Positions 42,251 to 54,600 of a DNA stretch of 64,000 nucleotides are shown one piece after another. The notes below the pieces were generated by a model that was not told the DNA's origin, did no database searches, and was given only the letters and a program-made list of their open reading frames with translations. Origin of the DNA: Eledone cirrhosa (Eukaryota); the NCBI GenBank assembly GCA_964016885.1, contig OZ024743.1:155434001-155498000 (forward strand), in the 5' to 3' direction. Position numbers and translations under genes: made by a program. The first letter of the stretch is position 1, and each line of letters opens with the position of its first letter.

Positions 42251-42637
42251 TACAATGTAAAATTCTCTCTCTTTTCAAGGGAAGACACTACAAGTTACTT
42301 TTGAAAATGTTAAACAGCGATATACCATACCTAGTTTACGAGCATAGCAGGAGACTTAAAATGCTTGGCTTAGAAAGATGTTCTCCTGCTTGTACTCGCG
42401 GTACAAGCAGTTACGAAGAGTCGCAGCAGAGTTGAAAGTGGTATAACGACTGGTGGTTGTAAAATCAGACGGCCGAAATATACAGACGACAAGGCGTTTC
42501 CTAACTCGACAGAAAGTGATAATAGACTTGCCTTATCTTTAATCAAACATATTTCAACACATTTCGGTTTGAATAACTTGAAATGACAAACTTATTGTGG
42601 CTCAAACTAAAACATTTCATACTTCTGACACCAATAT

Positions 42638-43045
42638 TAATTGTTTCTACTTTTGGCACAAGGCCAGCAATTATTCCAGTGCATTACTGGTACTTTATTT
42701 TATCGACCCCGTAAAGATGAAAGGCGAAGTTAACCTCGGCAGGATTTGAGCTTAGACCATAAAAGGACGTAACACTATGCTGAAAAGCGTGGCGTCCGAC
42801 GCGCTACCGATACTACCAATCCACTGCCCTCTGACACCAATAATAATGATAATTGCTTGTACTTTAGGCACAAGGCCAGCAATATGAAGGAAGGGGGAAA
42901 GTCGATTAAATTGACCCCAATGCTTACTGGTACTATTTTTATTAACCCGGTAAGGATGAAAGGCTAGGCTAAACTCGATAGGATTTGAACTCAATTTGTA
43001 AAAAGCTCTAACACTATGAAGCAAAGCATCGTCCGACGCTCTACT
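42638..43045 (-). mobile_element. Two tandem SINE copies
   Basis: Copies at ~42638-42829 and ~42850-43045. TCTGACACCAATA is duplicated around the first. Confidence 0.82.
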
Positions 43046-43944
43046 TAAGCTGTAAATCCAGAAAAAAAAGAAGACTCTAACAATTGAAATGGAGAAAAAT
43101 GTGGCATTTTAAAGCATGTAATATACCAATGATAATCGATGATCATGTAATGATTAAAAAATAGAACTGAAAAGCCTGGAAAGTCCTCCATCCTTACAAG
43201 TGATATAGAAAATAGGGCTGAGTAGCACAGACGTTGTCCTGATGAAGGCATTATCAATGTGATTAACTTGCAAATGCATTTACTGTTGTTTATCCCTCAT
43301 GACATCATTTGTATGACAATAAATGGTCGAATGTGTGTATTATAAAATTTGACCTAAGGTGTCATGTTGACACGTGATAGGGTATGGGAAAGAAGCAGAA
43401 TTCAAAGAAAGTTTCAAATAATTATGAAAATGTTGATACTAATATTGTTCTTATTGTTAGTGTAATGTTTCTGCAATACTGAGTACTGCTCTGTGTGCCT
43501 TTCGTGTTATGCGTGCAGTGCCTCGCAGTGCTATTTTCCTTGTGTTGAGTATACTGGTAAGACCTGCAGTTTCTGTCTATTTCTCTGAGTTTAGGTGTGT
43601 GTGTGTGTTTGTGTGTGTGAGTGTTTGTGCGCGCGTGTGTGTAGCATTCAAAGCGCAACTATTATATTATGGATTGCTTTTCTTTATTTTCATCATCCAC
43701 ATTGTTGTTATTTTTCCTACGTTCACTTCAAAGTTATAGTGTCATTCAATTAGAAAATATTTAATATCTTTTATTTATTGACAATCATATCTCATCCATT
43801 GTCATTTATATATGTTTGTGAATGCATTGCCGTATTTAAAAGTATATTTGTTCTGTCATTCTCTCACACGTATTCGCGTGTTTGTACAACCTATTTTTTG
43901 TTTGGATTTCGTTATATTTATAATCATTATTAATGCGCTGAAGG

Positions 43945-45195
43945 ACAGTGGATAGCAGTATCGGTGGCATGTCACGCAAAATGCTTTGCAGAATTTACTT
44001 ACGAATTTGTGAATTCTGATTTAAAATCCTGTCTAGGTTAAATATGCAATTTCCGGCTCTTTTCTTTCTGAATGTATATCCAGCCGAGGGTAAATTTGAC
44101 TTTCCTCCATTTGAGGTGGACAAAATAAGGTATCATTTACATATTGCGGTTGATATAACATATATTTCCCTTCCCCAAAGCTGATGTCCTGGTGCCCAAT
44201 AGAAACATATTACTATAGCGGTGGATTGCAGGTATATGTCAAGCCTCTGTGTTGAGATATTTAGCTACGAGTTCATATCACGTAGAGGTTAACTTTACCA
44301 CGTCTCCAGGGTCAATAAAATAACACTTTTCTTTTCTTTTCTACAGTTCGTGGGCTTGGGGTCAATATTAGAAAGAGCATTTGTTTTTGTTTTTTTACAT
44401 ATTTAAAAATGTATGTATTCATGAGTATATCTATTGAGTGATATGCGCTGTATTTAGTTTTCTTTTTTTTTTTTTCATCTAAGTATGATAATATTCGTGT
44501 CAGTGTTGTATTGCTATTTGTTCAATAACAAACTATTTTCTGCGTTATATATAATGATGTTAGTGACGATACTATTCATCAAATTCATAGTTTCTCATTT
44601 ACGCACAAGACCAACAATTGTTTGGGAGAGAGGAATGAGAAAGAAATCGAAATCAGTGAGTTGCTGGTACTTTATTTTATCGACGCCGTAAGGATGAAAG
44701 GCAAAGTTAACCTCGGACGGATTTAAATATTAGAAATTAAAGGGCCGTAGCACTATGCCACAAAGCATTCTAATCGGCGTTCCACCAATGTTGCCAAACT
44801 ACCAATTTGTTCATAGTAAAGAACGGTTTCTGTTTAAGGCACAAGCCCAACAATATGGTGGGAGGGGAAATTGAATAAGTCGTTTGCAGAACGTTACTGG
44901 TGCCTCATTGTATCGAGCTAGCATCGTTGGGATTTGAAATAAGAACGCTAATCGGTGCTCTATTAATACTGACAATACATCAACCTGTTGATACTAAGTA
45001 ATGACTTCTGATTTAGGCACAAGGCTAACACTGTTTGGGAAAGTTGATTATATCGACTCGAGTGTATTACTGGTACTATATTTGATGGACCACGTAAGGA
45101 AGAAATTCAAATCTAAACTAGTTGGGATTTGAAAACAGGACGTAGGTCCGCAAGGCATATTTTTGGGTGCTCTACCAATTCTTCCAACCCACCAA
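43945..45195. mobile_element. Cluster of old diverged SINE copies (plus at ~43945-44320; three minus at ~44600-45195)
   Basis: Recognisable GGCACAAGG, ACTGGTAC..TTTATCGAC and GGATTTGAA motifs. Confidence 0.6.
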
Positions 45196-45926
45196 CCTGT
45201 AACTGATTGGTGGCGTTGTAGTCACAATTTTCTTACCGCGTACCTTTTTCGTTTTTAACTGTTAGTGGTTGCTGTGGCGGCGGTGATTGAGATATTGATA
45301 AGGTATGCATTAAGTTAAAAATTAGATATGGAAATGCTAAACATATTGAGCGTTGTATTAACCGTAGCATTGGAGCTGGGTAAGGAGTAGAAATTGCATT
45401 TAACACCTTAGCTTTCATATTCGATATTTTTAGTTCAATACGCCATAATTGCAACCAATACTATATTACACGCAATGATCTTACTACTACCAGTACTGCG
45501 TGCAGTACCAGCAACACTGTCAATACAACACAAGCTTACACCACGTCACCCACAACCTCTGGCTCAGTTTTACGCAACATGAACTTTAAATGATCCTCCT
45601 TAATTCACATTAACTAAAGTCTATGTATTTTGGCAAACATACTAGAAACGAAAACGGCAGTATGAAATTGGCATATATTGAAATCGTTACATGTAATTTA
45701 ATAACCTCCTTCAAAGTAAAATATTTTTTGCTTGACTGGAGGCAATTTTGAATCGTTCTTGACACATTTTTCTATGATAAATACTCACTACACTTCAACT
45801 TGTATGTTTCACACGAAACTATTTTCTACATTAATGAGAACATGTCTGCGGATTGGTGTGTTTGAAGTTAAAATTGAAATACACATTACACACACTCAAT
45901 CACACACACACACACACACATACATA

Positions 45927-46683
<757 letters not shown>

Positions 46684-46886
46684 TTAAGGATACCATGTAT
46701 GGTTATGTATGTAATAAAACCTTTTATGGTTATATATTTGTTATACAAACCCTAAATAGTGTAAGATAGTCATTAATAACTATCTTATTACCAGTAAGAT
46801 AAATAGCGCAATGTAATAACATCGGTTGTTTCACAGAGAAGTTATATAGAGATTACAATAATCAAAGTTCAGTTTAAATCATTTTT

Positions 46887-46935
46887 TTGCTTACAATTGT
46901 TTCCTCCAAACCGAGGTTTGGATTCTTCGGATCAA
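46887..46935 (-). ncRNA. Minimal type I hammerhead ribozyme variant
   Basis: TTGAT-CCGAAGA-A-TCCAAAC(CTCG)GTTTGGA-G-GAAAC-AATT-GTA-AGCAA. 7-bp stem II, palindromic stem III ACAATTGT, GUA site, U4C core change. Confidence 0.65.
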
Positions 46936-48394
46936 CTATTTAGTGATCTATAACATACTTGACCTCCTTTTCAACACAAGAGACATATAAAAACCTATGC
47001 ACATATTGATCCACAGTGGGATGATATCCATCAAAATGATATAGCATGGCAATTTACATATAAAGGTTAAAGGACAAAAATAAAAATAAAAATGAAAATG
47101 AAGCAATGGCAGTTTATGAAGATAAAGCAAGAGGAAAGTTTAGAGTAGTCAGTGTATGAAACAATCTCACGTGTAGCATGCACGCGTGTCTTATTTATAC
47201 ATGATTAGAGTGCGTCAGATTGTTACTTGCGGGGTCAGGCAGTTGAAGCAGGCAATCGATATTATTATGTGGGCTGAATTATTAAATCATTTTTTTCGCA
47301 TACACCTGTATGATATACCGTCCCGAATGTAGAGAAACACCAAAATATCAAAAATATCAAACATATTATAAAACATATTATATCGTATGCAAAACAGTAC
47401 CACTGTCATCGCGCACACCACCACTCACATAATCCATGGGACGCAATATATAGATCACGGGTCTATCATATAATTCACGATGGTTCGGCATATAACCAAG
47501 TTATAAACCGTATCTTGTCGATTCTTAATTAATAGATCATGTTGTTTAGTTTTGTGTGATGATACTATGTTCCAGAAGTGTGTGTATGACCAAGGGGAAT
47601 GAATGCGTAAGGGGAGGTAACTAGCTGGTTTTCTTAGTTAAATTTATTATCCTAAATTACATTAATGGTGTTTCAAATAAGTGCCTATCATATGCTGTTA
47701 TAACTAATTTCTAGATTATGTTACTTATCTATAGGTTACAGTGTAGTCTATTAAGAAGTACTAGAGGTGTATATATCAGGATGATTACCTTCTATTAAGG
47801 GGTGTCATATCTGAACATTCTATAAGAAGAGTCAGACCCCCAAATCAATGTTCTTTGTAAGTGTAATTCCTCCCGCAGGACCTGGCATGGTCCTAATATT
47901 ATATATGCCTCCCGGTAAGCTCTGGGTCATTGTATGTCTGAATCCTTGGTAAATCTGAATATCTCCATGGTGGTCTGGAGATCAAATTTCTCATATATAG
48001 ACACCAGTCTGGCCATCAAGCAATAGATCAACTCCCATCACATATATACATTAAATTAGGTATCTTATCTACAAATTAGAGTGGAGTCTATTAATAAGTA
48101 CTAAAGGAGTTCATATCATGATGATTACAATCTGGAGATCAAATTTATCATATAAAGACACCAGTCTGGCCACCAAGCAATACATAAACTCGCATCTCAT
48201 ATATAAATTAAATTAGGTATATTTCGTACTCTTATTAAAAGACATGCCATTCCTGCAGTCTGAAGGGATCCGTAAACCTAACTGTGTACCTCTATGTATT
48301 GCCAGTCTTACACATAGATGATTTTCTTTGCACTACAAAATTATTTAGTAAAGGTATTTATCATATAAATTGTGTACTGCCTTCTGTACGTTGA

Positions 48395-48429
<35 letters not shown>

Positions 48430-49065
48430 TATGTACACGTACATAACTATATGTATACAGACGTGCAAAAGTATGTATATATATATACATACATGCACAT
48501 ATATATATATATATATATGTACGTATGGATTCAGCGAACATTTATTATAATGCTCGCTGTGTTTGTAAACAAACAGCCCGTATTAAGCCGTAGTGTCCAG
48601 CAACCATCGTTGTTCGTTTGTTCAACACTGACAAAGGAACGCTGTACTAGTTTCAAGCTTATTAGCAATCATTAGCAACGTATACCTTCCTGCCAGATTG
48701 TTGAACGTATATACTTACCTTATGCATATTAACTGCTGAGTAGCCCAATTTGCATATCGAGTGGGTTAATCGGCTGGGTGCACCGAAAACGGTAAACGGA
48801 AAAATTGAAACGAAATTTCATTTGCCACTCTTAGTACGGCTGTTACTTAAATATAAGTATGTACACGTACATACATATATGTATACAGACGTACAGTAGT
48901 ATGTATATATATATATATACATACATGCACACAAATATATATATGTACGTATGGATTCACCGAACATTTATTATAATGCTCGGTGTGTTTGTAAAGAAAA
49001 ATCCCGTATTAAGCCGTAGTGTCCAGTAACCATCGTTGCTCGTTTGTTCAACACTTACAAAGGAA

Positions 49066-49105
49066 TGCTGTACTAGTTTCAAGCTTATAACTATCGTCAG
49101 CAACG
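49066..49105 (-). ncRNA. Minimal type I hammerhead ribozyme (B-type unit, intact core)
   Basis: CGTTG-CTGACGA-TAGTTATAAGCTT-GAAAC-TA-GTA-CAGCA on the minus strand. Confidence 0.78.
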
Positions 49106-50712
49106 TATACATTCCTGCCAGATTTTTGAAAGTGTATACTTACCTTATGCATATTAGCGGCTGAGTAGCCCAATTTGCATATCGAGCGGGTTAATCGGCC
49201 GGGTGCACCGAAAACGATAAACGGAAAAAATCAAGCGAAATTTCATTTCCCACTCTTAGTATGGCTGTTACTTAAATATAAGTATGTACACGTACATACA
49301 TATATGTATACAGACGTACAGAAGTATGTATATATATATACATATATGCACACATATATATATATGTACGTATGGATTCACCGAACATTTATTATAATGC
49401 TAGGTATGTTTGAAAACAAACATCCAATATTAAGCCGTAGTGTCCAGCAACCATCGTTGCTCGTTTGTTCAACACTGACAAAGGAACGCTGTACTAGTTT
49501 CAAGCTTATTAGCAATCATTAGCAACGTATACCTTCCTGCCAGATTGTGGAACGTATATGCTTACCTTATGCATATTAACTGCTGAGTAGCCCAATTTGC
49601 ATATCGAGTGGGTTAATCGGCTGGGTGCACCGAAGACGGTAAACGGAAAAATTGAAACGAAATTTCATTTCCCACTCTTAGTACGGCTGTTACTTAAATA
49701 TAAGTATGTACACGTACATACATATATGTATACAGACGTACAGTAGTATGTATATATACATACATGCACACAAATATATATATGTACGTATGGATTCACC
49801 GAACATTTATTATAATGCTCGGTGTGTTTGTAAAGAAAAATCCCGTATTAAGCCGTAGTGTCCAGTAACCATCGTTGCTCGTTTGTTCAACACTTACAAA
49901 GGAATGCTGTACTAGTGTCAAGCTTATAACTATCGTCAGCAACGTATACATTCCTGCCAGATTTTTGAAAGTGTATACTTACCTTATGCATATTAGCGGC
50001 TGAGTAGCCCAATTTGCATATCGAGCGGGTTAATCGGCCGGGTGCACCGAAAACGATAAACGGAAAAAATCAAGCGAAATTTCATTTCCCACTCTTAGTA
50101 TGGCTGTTACTTAAATATAAGTATGTACACGTACATACATATATGTATACAGACGTACAGAAGTATGTATATATATATATATATATACATACATGAACAC
50201 ATATATATATATGTACGTATGGATTCACCGAACATTTATTATAATGCTAGGTATGTTTGTAAACAAACATCCAATATTAAGCCGTAGTGTCCAGCAACCA
50301 TCGTTGCTCGTCTGTTCAACACTGACAAAGGAACGCTGTACTAGTTTCAAGCTTATTAGCAATCATTAGCAACGTATACCTTCCTGCCAGATTGTTGAAC
50401 GTATATACTTACCTTATGCATATTAACAGCTGAGTAGCCCAATTTGCATATAGAGTGGGTTAATCGGCCGGGTCGAAAACGATAAACGGATAATATGAAA
50501 CGAAATTTCATTTCCCACACTTAGTACGGCTGTTACTTAAATATAAGTATGTACACGTACATACATATATGTGTACAGACGTACAGTAGTATGTATATAT
50601 ATATATATACATACATGCACACATATATATATATGTACGTATGGATTCACCGAACAGCCGTTAATATGCATAAGGTAAGTATATACGTTCAACAATATGG
50701 CAGGAAGGTATA

Positions 50713-50753
50713 CGTTGCTGACGATAGCTAATAAGCTTGAAACTTGTACAGCG
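50713..50753 (+). ncRNA. Minimal type I hammerhead ribozyme (stem III AC-TT-GT)
   Basis: CGTTG-CTGACGA-TAGCTAATAAGCTT-GAAAC-TT-GTA-CAGCG. Site after 50748, 421 nt before the next site. Confidence 0.8.
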
Positions 50754-51133
50754 TTACTTTGTCAGTGTTGAACAGACGAGCAACGATGGTTGCTGGACAC
50801 TACGGCTTAATACGGGATGTTTCTTTACAAACACACCGAGCATTATAATAAATATTCGGTGAATCCATACGTACATATATATATGTGTGCATGTATGTAT
50901 ATATATATATACATACTACTGTACGTCTGTATACATATATGTGTGTACGTGTACATACTTATATTTAAGTAACAGCCGTACTAAGAGTGGCAAATGAAAT
51001 TTCGTTTCATTTTTCCGTTTATCGTTTTCGGTGCACCCGGCTGATTAACCCACTCGATATGCAAAGTGGGCTACTCAGCCGTTATTATGCATAAGGTAAG
51101 TATATACGTTCAACAATCTGGCAGGAAGGTATA

Positions 51134-51174
51134 CGTTGCTGACGATAGCTAATAAGCTTGAAACTAGTACAGCG
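51134..51174 (+). ncRNA. Minimal type I hammerhead ribozyme (canonical core)
   Basis: CGTTG-CTGACGA-T-AGCT(AATA)AGCT-T-GAAAC-TA-GTA-CAGCG. Predicted cleavage after 51169. Stem I extends as AAGGTA(TA)CGTTG/CAGCGTACCTT. Confidence 0.85.
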
Positions 51175-51438
51175 TACCTTTTTCAGTGTTGAACAAACGA
51201 GCAACGATGGTTGCTGGACACTACGGCTTAATACGGGGTGTTTGTTTACAAACACACCGAGCATTAAAATAAATGTTCGGTGAATCCATACGTACATATA
51301 TATATGCGTGCATGTATGTATATATATATATACATACTACTGTACGTCTGTATACATATATGTATGTACGTGTACATACTTATATTTAAGTAACAGTCGT
51401 ACTAAGAGTGGCAAATGAAATTTCGTTTCATTTTTTCC

Positions 51439-51510
<72 letters not shown>

Positions 51511-51635
51511 TTATATATGTATACATGTGTCACAAATTAAAATGCTACATAACAGTCATTGAAGAATTACATTTTTTACAATCGTTTAAAAACAAAACTT
51601 AAAATAATTCAGTTAAGATACAAAGAATATATAAA

Positions 51636-54600
51636 GCAATAATAATAATAATAATGATGACCTCATTTATTGGCAAGAAGGGCCGACATATTGGAGACAA
51701 TACAACATACGTGAACAGTGGGGACTTTACATAAAAGTTCAGTAAAAATATGAAAAGAAGAAAAATAAACAAGAAAATTATAAACAACAGAAGTTCCCGA
51801 AAAGGGGGTGGATAACCACACAGGGTTGAGTCAGGTACCCCACCAATCTTGAAACACCTGACGATTCGAAGTCACCCAGGAAGGATACTTCTCGCCTCCT
51901 TAAATTCGCAAGTTTACAGGTGCATGATCAGAGTAGGCCCACGCATTCAACCCCCTTTTAGCAAATGTATATGGAGAGGAGGCAGCATTTCTCTCTCCAA
52001 CCTCACGTTCCTTTCCAATTGAAATTTGAAAAGGTTGATGAGGATTGGCCGAAGAGAAAATTGTGTGCCTGGTCCACCATACAACCTTTTTCGCTACTAC
52101 CACAAGAGAGAGGAAAATGATCTGCCCTTCCTGGCCAAAAGAAGGCGGTAGCTCGATCTTCACTATGGACTCGGCCGAATGATTCACCTATTCTACACGC
52201 AACAGCAGCTGTTAGCCATAATTCCACAAGTCAGTAATGCGCAGACACTAGACGAGTGCGTGCAGAACAGTTTCGTCGCTCTATGCGAATCTCGAACAGG
52301 TCCGTATGACAACTTTCCGTGGCTTAGGAATTTATTTTAAACCTGCAGTGTCCACAGGTACCACTGTCAAAGGAGGGATTTCTGGAAGTTATCCTTCGTC
52401 TTCGGCTTGAAAGTCCTCTGGAACAGGCCTATCTGTTCGACTTCGTCGAGGCCCAGAGCCTCTCGGGGTGCACTGTCGTACTTGCCCACGAATTATCCTC
52501 TATAGAACTCGAAATTGGAAGTTCCACTGACCGCATTTCCTGCCTCGTAGAAGGAAGGAAGTGCCTGGTAACATTCCAGGTGACAGTCACCCTGTCTCGA
52601 TCTCTTCTTGGCCCACCCCCAGCGCGTGTCTGCGCGTCATTTGCCACGGCATGCCTAGCCCTCCACGCAAAGGGTGCCGGCAGAAGATGGACTGCCTCAC
52701 CAACGCAACCAGTCTGTTCCAAAATAAGTTAAAGAGGAGCCGTTTCAACATGCAGAGGCACGGACGGGCCCTGACACGATGGTCAGGAGGTAGTAGACGA
52801 CGGTGCGATGTACACATTCTATACCTCCGTCGGGTTTTCAGTGAAAGCTTCCTCACAGCCCATTTCAGGGTGAGACTGGCTACCCTGAACGTCACCTCGT
52901 CCCAATTCTCATCCACCTAGAGCTCAGGCGCAAACCAAATCCCGAGCAACTTCACCGGTCCGTCCGTCCAACCTCCAACGACGCTGTTGGACGGCATGAA
53001 CTTACCTCGCAAGGTGCTGAGCTGCAAGCCCACCTATGTTTCCGGATTAAGATTCGTTCCCGTCAATATTTCATATTCCTCCAATAAGGTGCCGACAACC
53101 TCGATTACCTTTGTATCCGACACCATCACGGTGATGTCTGCATAAGCTGACACAGATTTTCGCGTCCCGGTTCGAGTGGGATGCCCTGTAACAGCTACAG
53201 CTTCCGCAGTGAAGGCTCGATAGTAAATACGTACATAAGGGAAGAAAGAGGACACACTTGACCAACCCACTGGGAGATCTGAAACAATTCCGAGAGGTGG
53301 TCATTTACTTTGATCACCAGCCAGATGTCACTTTGCAATGCAGCGATCCAGGTTATGAAAACGGGGCAGAAGCCAGTTGCTGATGACCGACCCTATCGAA
53401 TGCTTCCGATCGATCTAAATTGATCAGAGACCCACTGAATCCCCGTTTAATCCCTACAATTTCTATGTTGTATTGCAGGTGGAGTATGTCCTGTATGGAC
53501 TTAGTCGGGATTGTGCAATGTGCGTCTCCCCAACCAAATCTACAACGATAAGTAACCTTTTCGTTAAAAATTTGGCCAAAATCTTAAAATCTGTGTTGAG
53601 CCGACTTATGGGCCGGAAGTTAATTTATATGACCCTTTTGGTCTCGTCTTTCTTCATCAGGAAACCGTGTAGCGCAGACAATCCAAACCGGTTTACTTAC
53701 GCCTTGTGCATCAAACAAGGCCATCTTAAATTTCGGCTGAAATTATCATTTTCTTGCAGCGCCCAGCGTCAGCCAACGACAGACGCGTCAGGCCGTCCAG
53801 GTATGGACTAAAGGCCGCACCGTTTCTGATACGCACCTCACCTCCTCCCCCCGAACAACCGAGAAAAGTTCTGGGGACGCGCCTCACACATCCACCTGGT
53901 ATCGCTCAGCCTATGTCCATCTCGGTCCATCAAAGAACGAATTCTGGTTTGATTACCCTGCTGCGCTTCTGCCACGCGGATCTATGGAACAGCTTTGGGT
54001 CCCTTGTTTCTCAGAGCACGGGCATTAGCCCTGATAATGCACCCTTAATGTTTCACATTGAAGATATTGTCCGAATGTCATTCTCACCGCTAGCACGTCA
54101 GTTGCAATGCCACTGTCTATGTTGGTTGTGGGTGGGGTGTCTGTGGTTTCAGATGTGTGTGTGTGTGTGTGTATTTGTTCTTCTGTTTGTTTAGGTTGAT
54201 TGCGTTTTGGCGATTCTCGGGGTTCTGATGGTGTTGGTGGTGCTGGTGGTGTTGGTTTTGTTTGGAAAAGGTTTGCGTGGGTGTGTCTGCATAAATTTAT
54301 TTCGGTAGTTTTTGTGGTTTGTGGAGATTTTTCTTTGCGTGGTTTCTTATTTTGTTTTTTGTGAGGATTTGGGTCACTACTGGAAAATGCGGGGTCTGGG
54401 GCTGTATGTGTGTATGTGCCTGTGTGTGTGCTTTTGCATTTATTCATGTGTGTAATTTGATGGGAAGGTGGAATGGGAGATGTTTCCTCGTTTGCCCTCT
54501 GGGTTGCCAATGTTGGTGGTGGCATATACATTGGTGTTGTTGCTGGTGGTTTTCCGGTGCTGGTGTTGGTGGGGGTCCTCGCGCCGGGGTCAGCATCAGT

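Larger units (their letters stand above)
48424..51443. mobile_element. Tandem array of ~420-bp hammerhead-containing units (retrozyme-like): ~5.3 units HHR-sense minus (48424-50656) + ~1.9 units HHR-sense plus (50655-51443)
   Basis: HHRs at 48640-48680, 49066-49105, 49487-49527, 49905-49944, 50334-50374 (minus) and 50713-50753, 51134-51174 (plus). No credible ORF. (TA)n on both flanks. Confidence 0.9.

Noticed and set aside
43239-43290. CTGATGA hammerhead-like starts at 43239 and 13533, and CTGATAA at 15560
   Set aside because: No properly placed stem II + GAAA + NUH downstream.
48711-48720. U1 snRNA gene (ATACTTACCT)
   Set aside because: Only the first 10 nt match; the downstream U1 stem-loops and Sm site are absent.
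48424-51443. Array as a CRISPR locus or a repeated small protein gene
   Set aside because: Whole units repeat with no unique spacers, the context is eukaryotic, and the short ORFs are not preserved between units.
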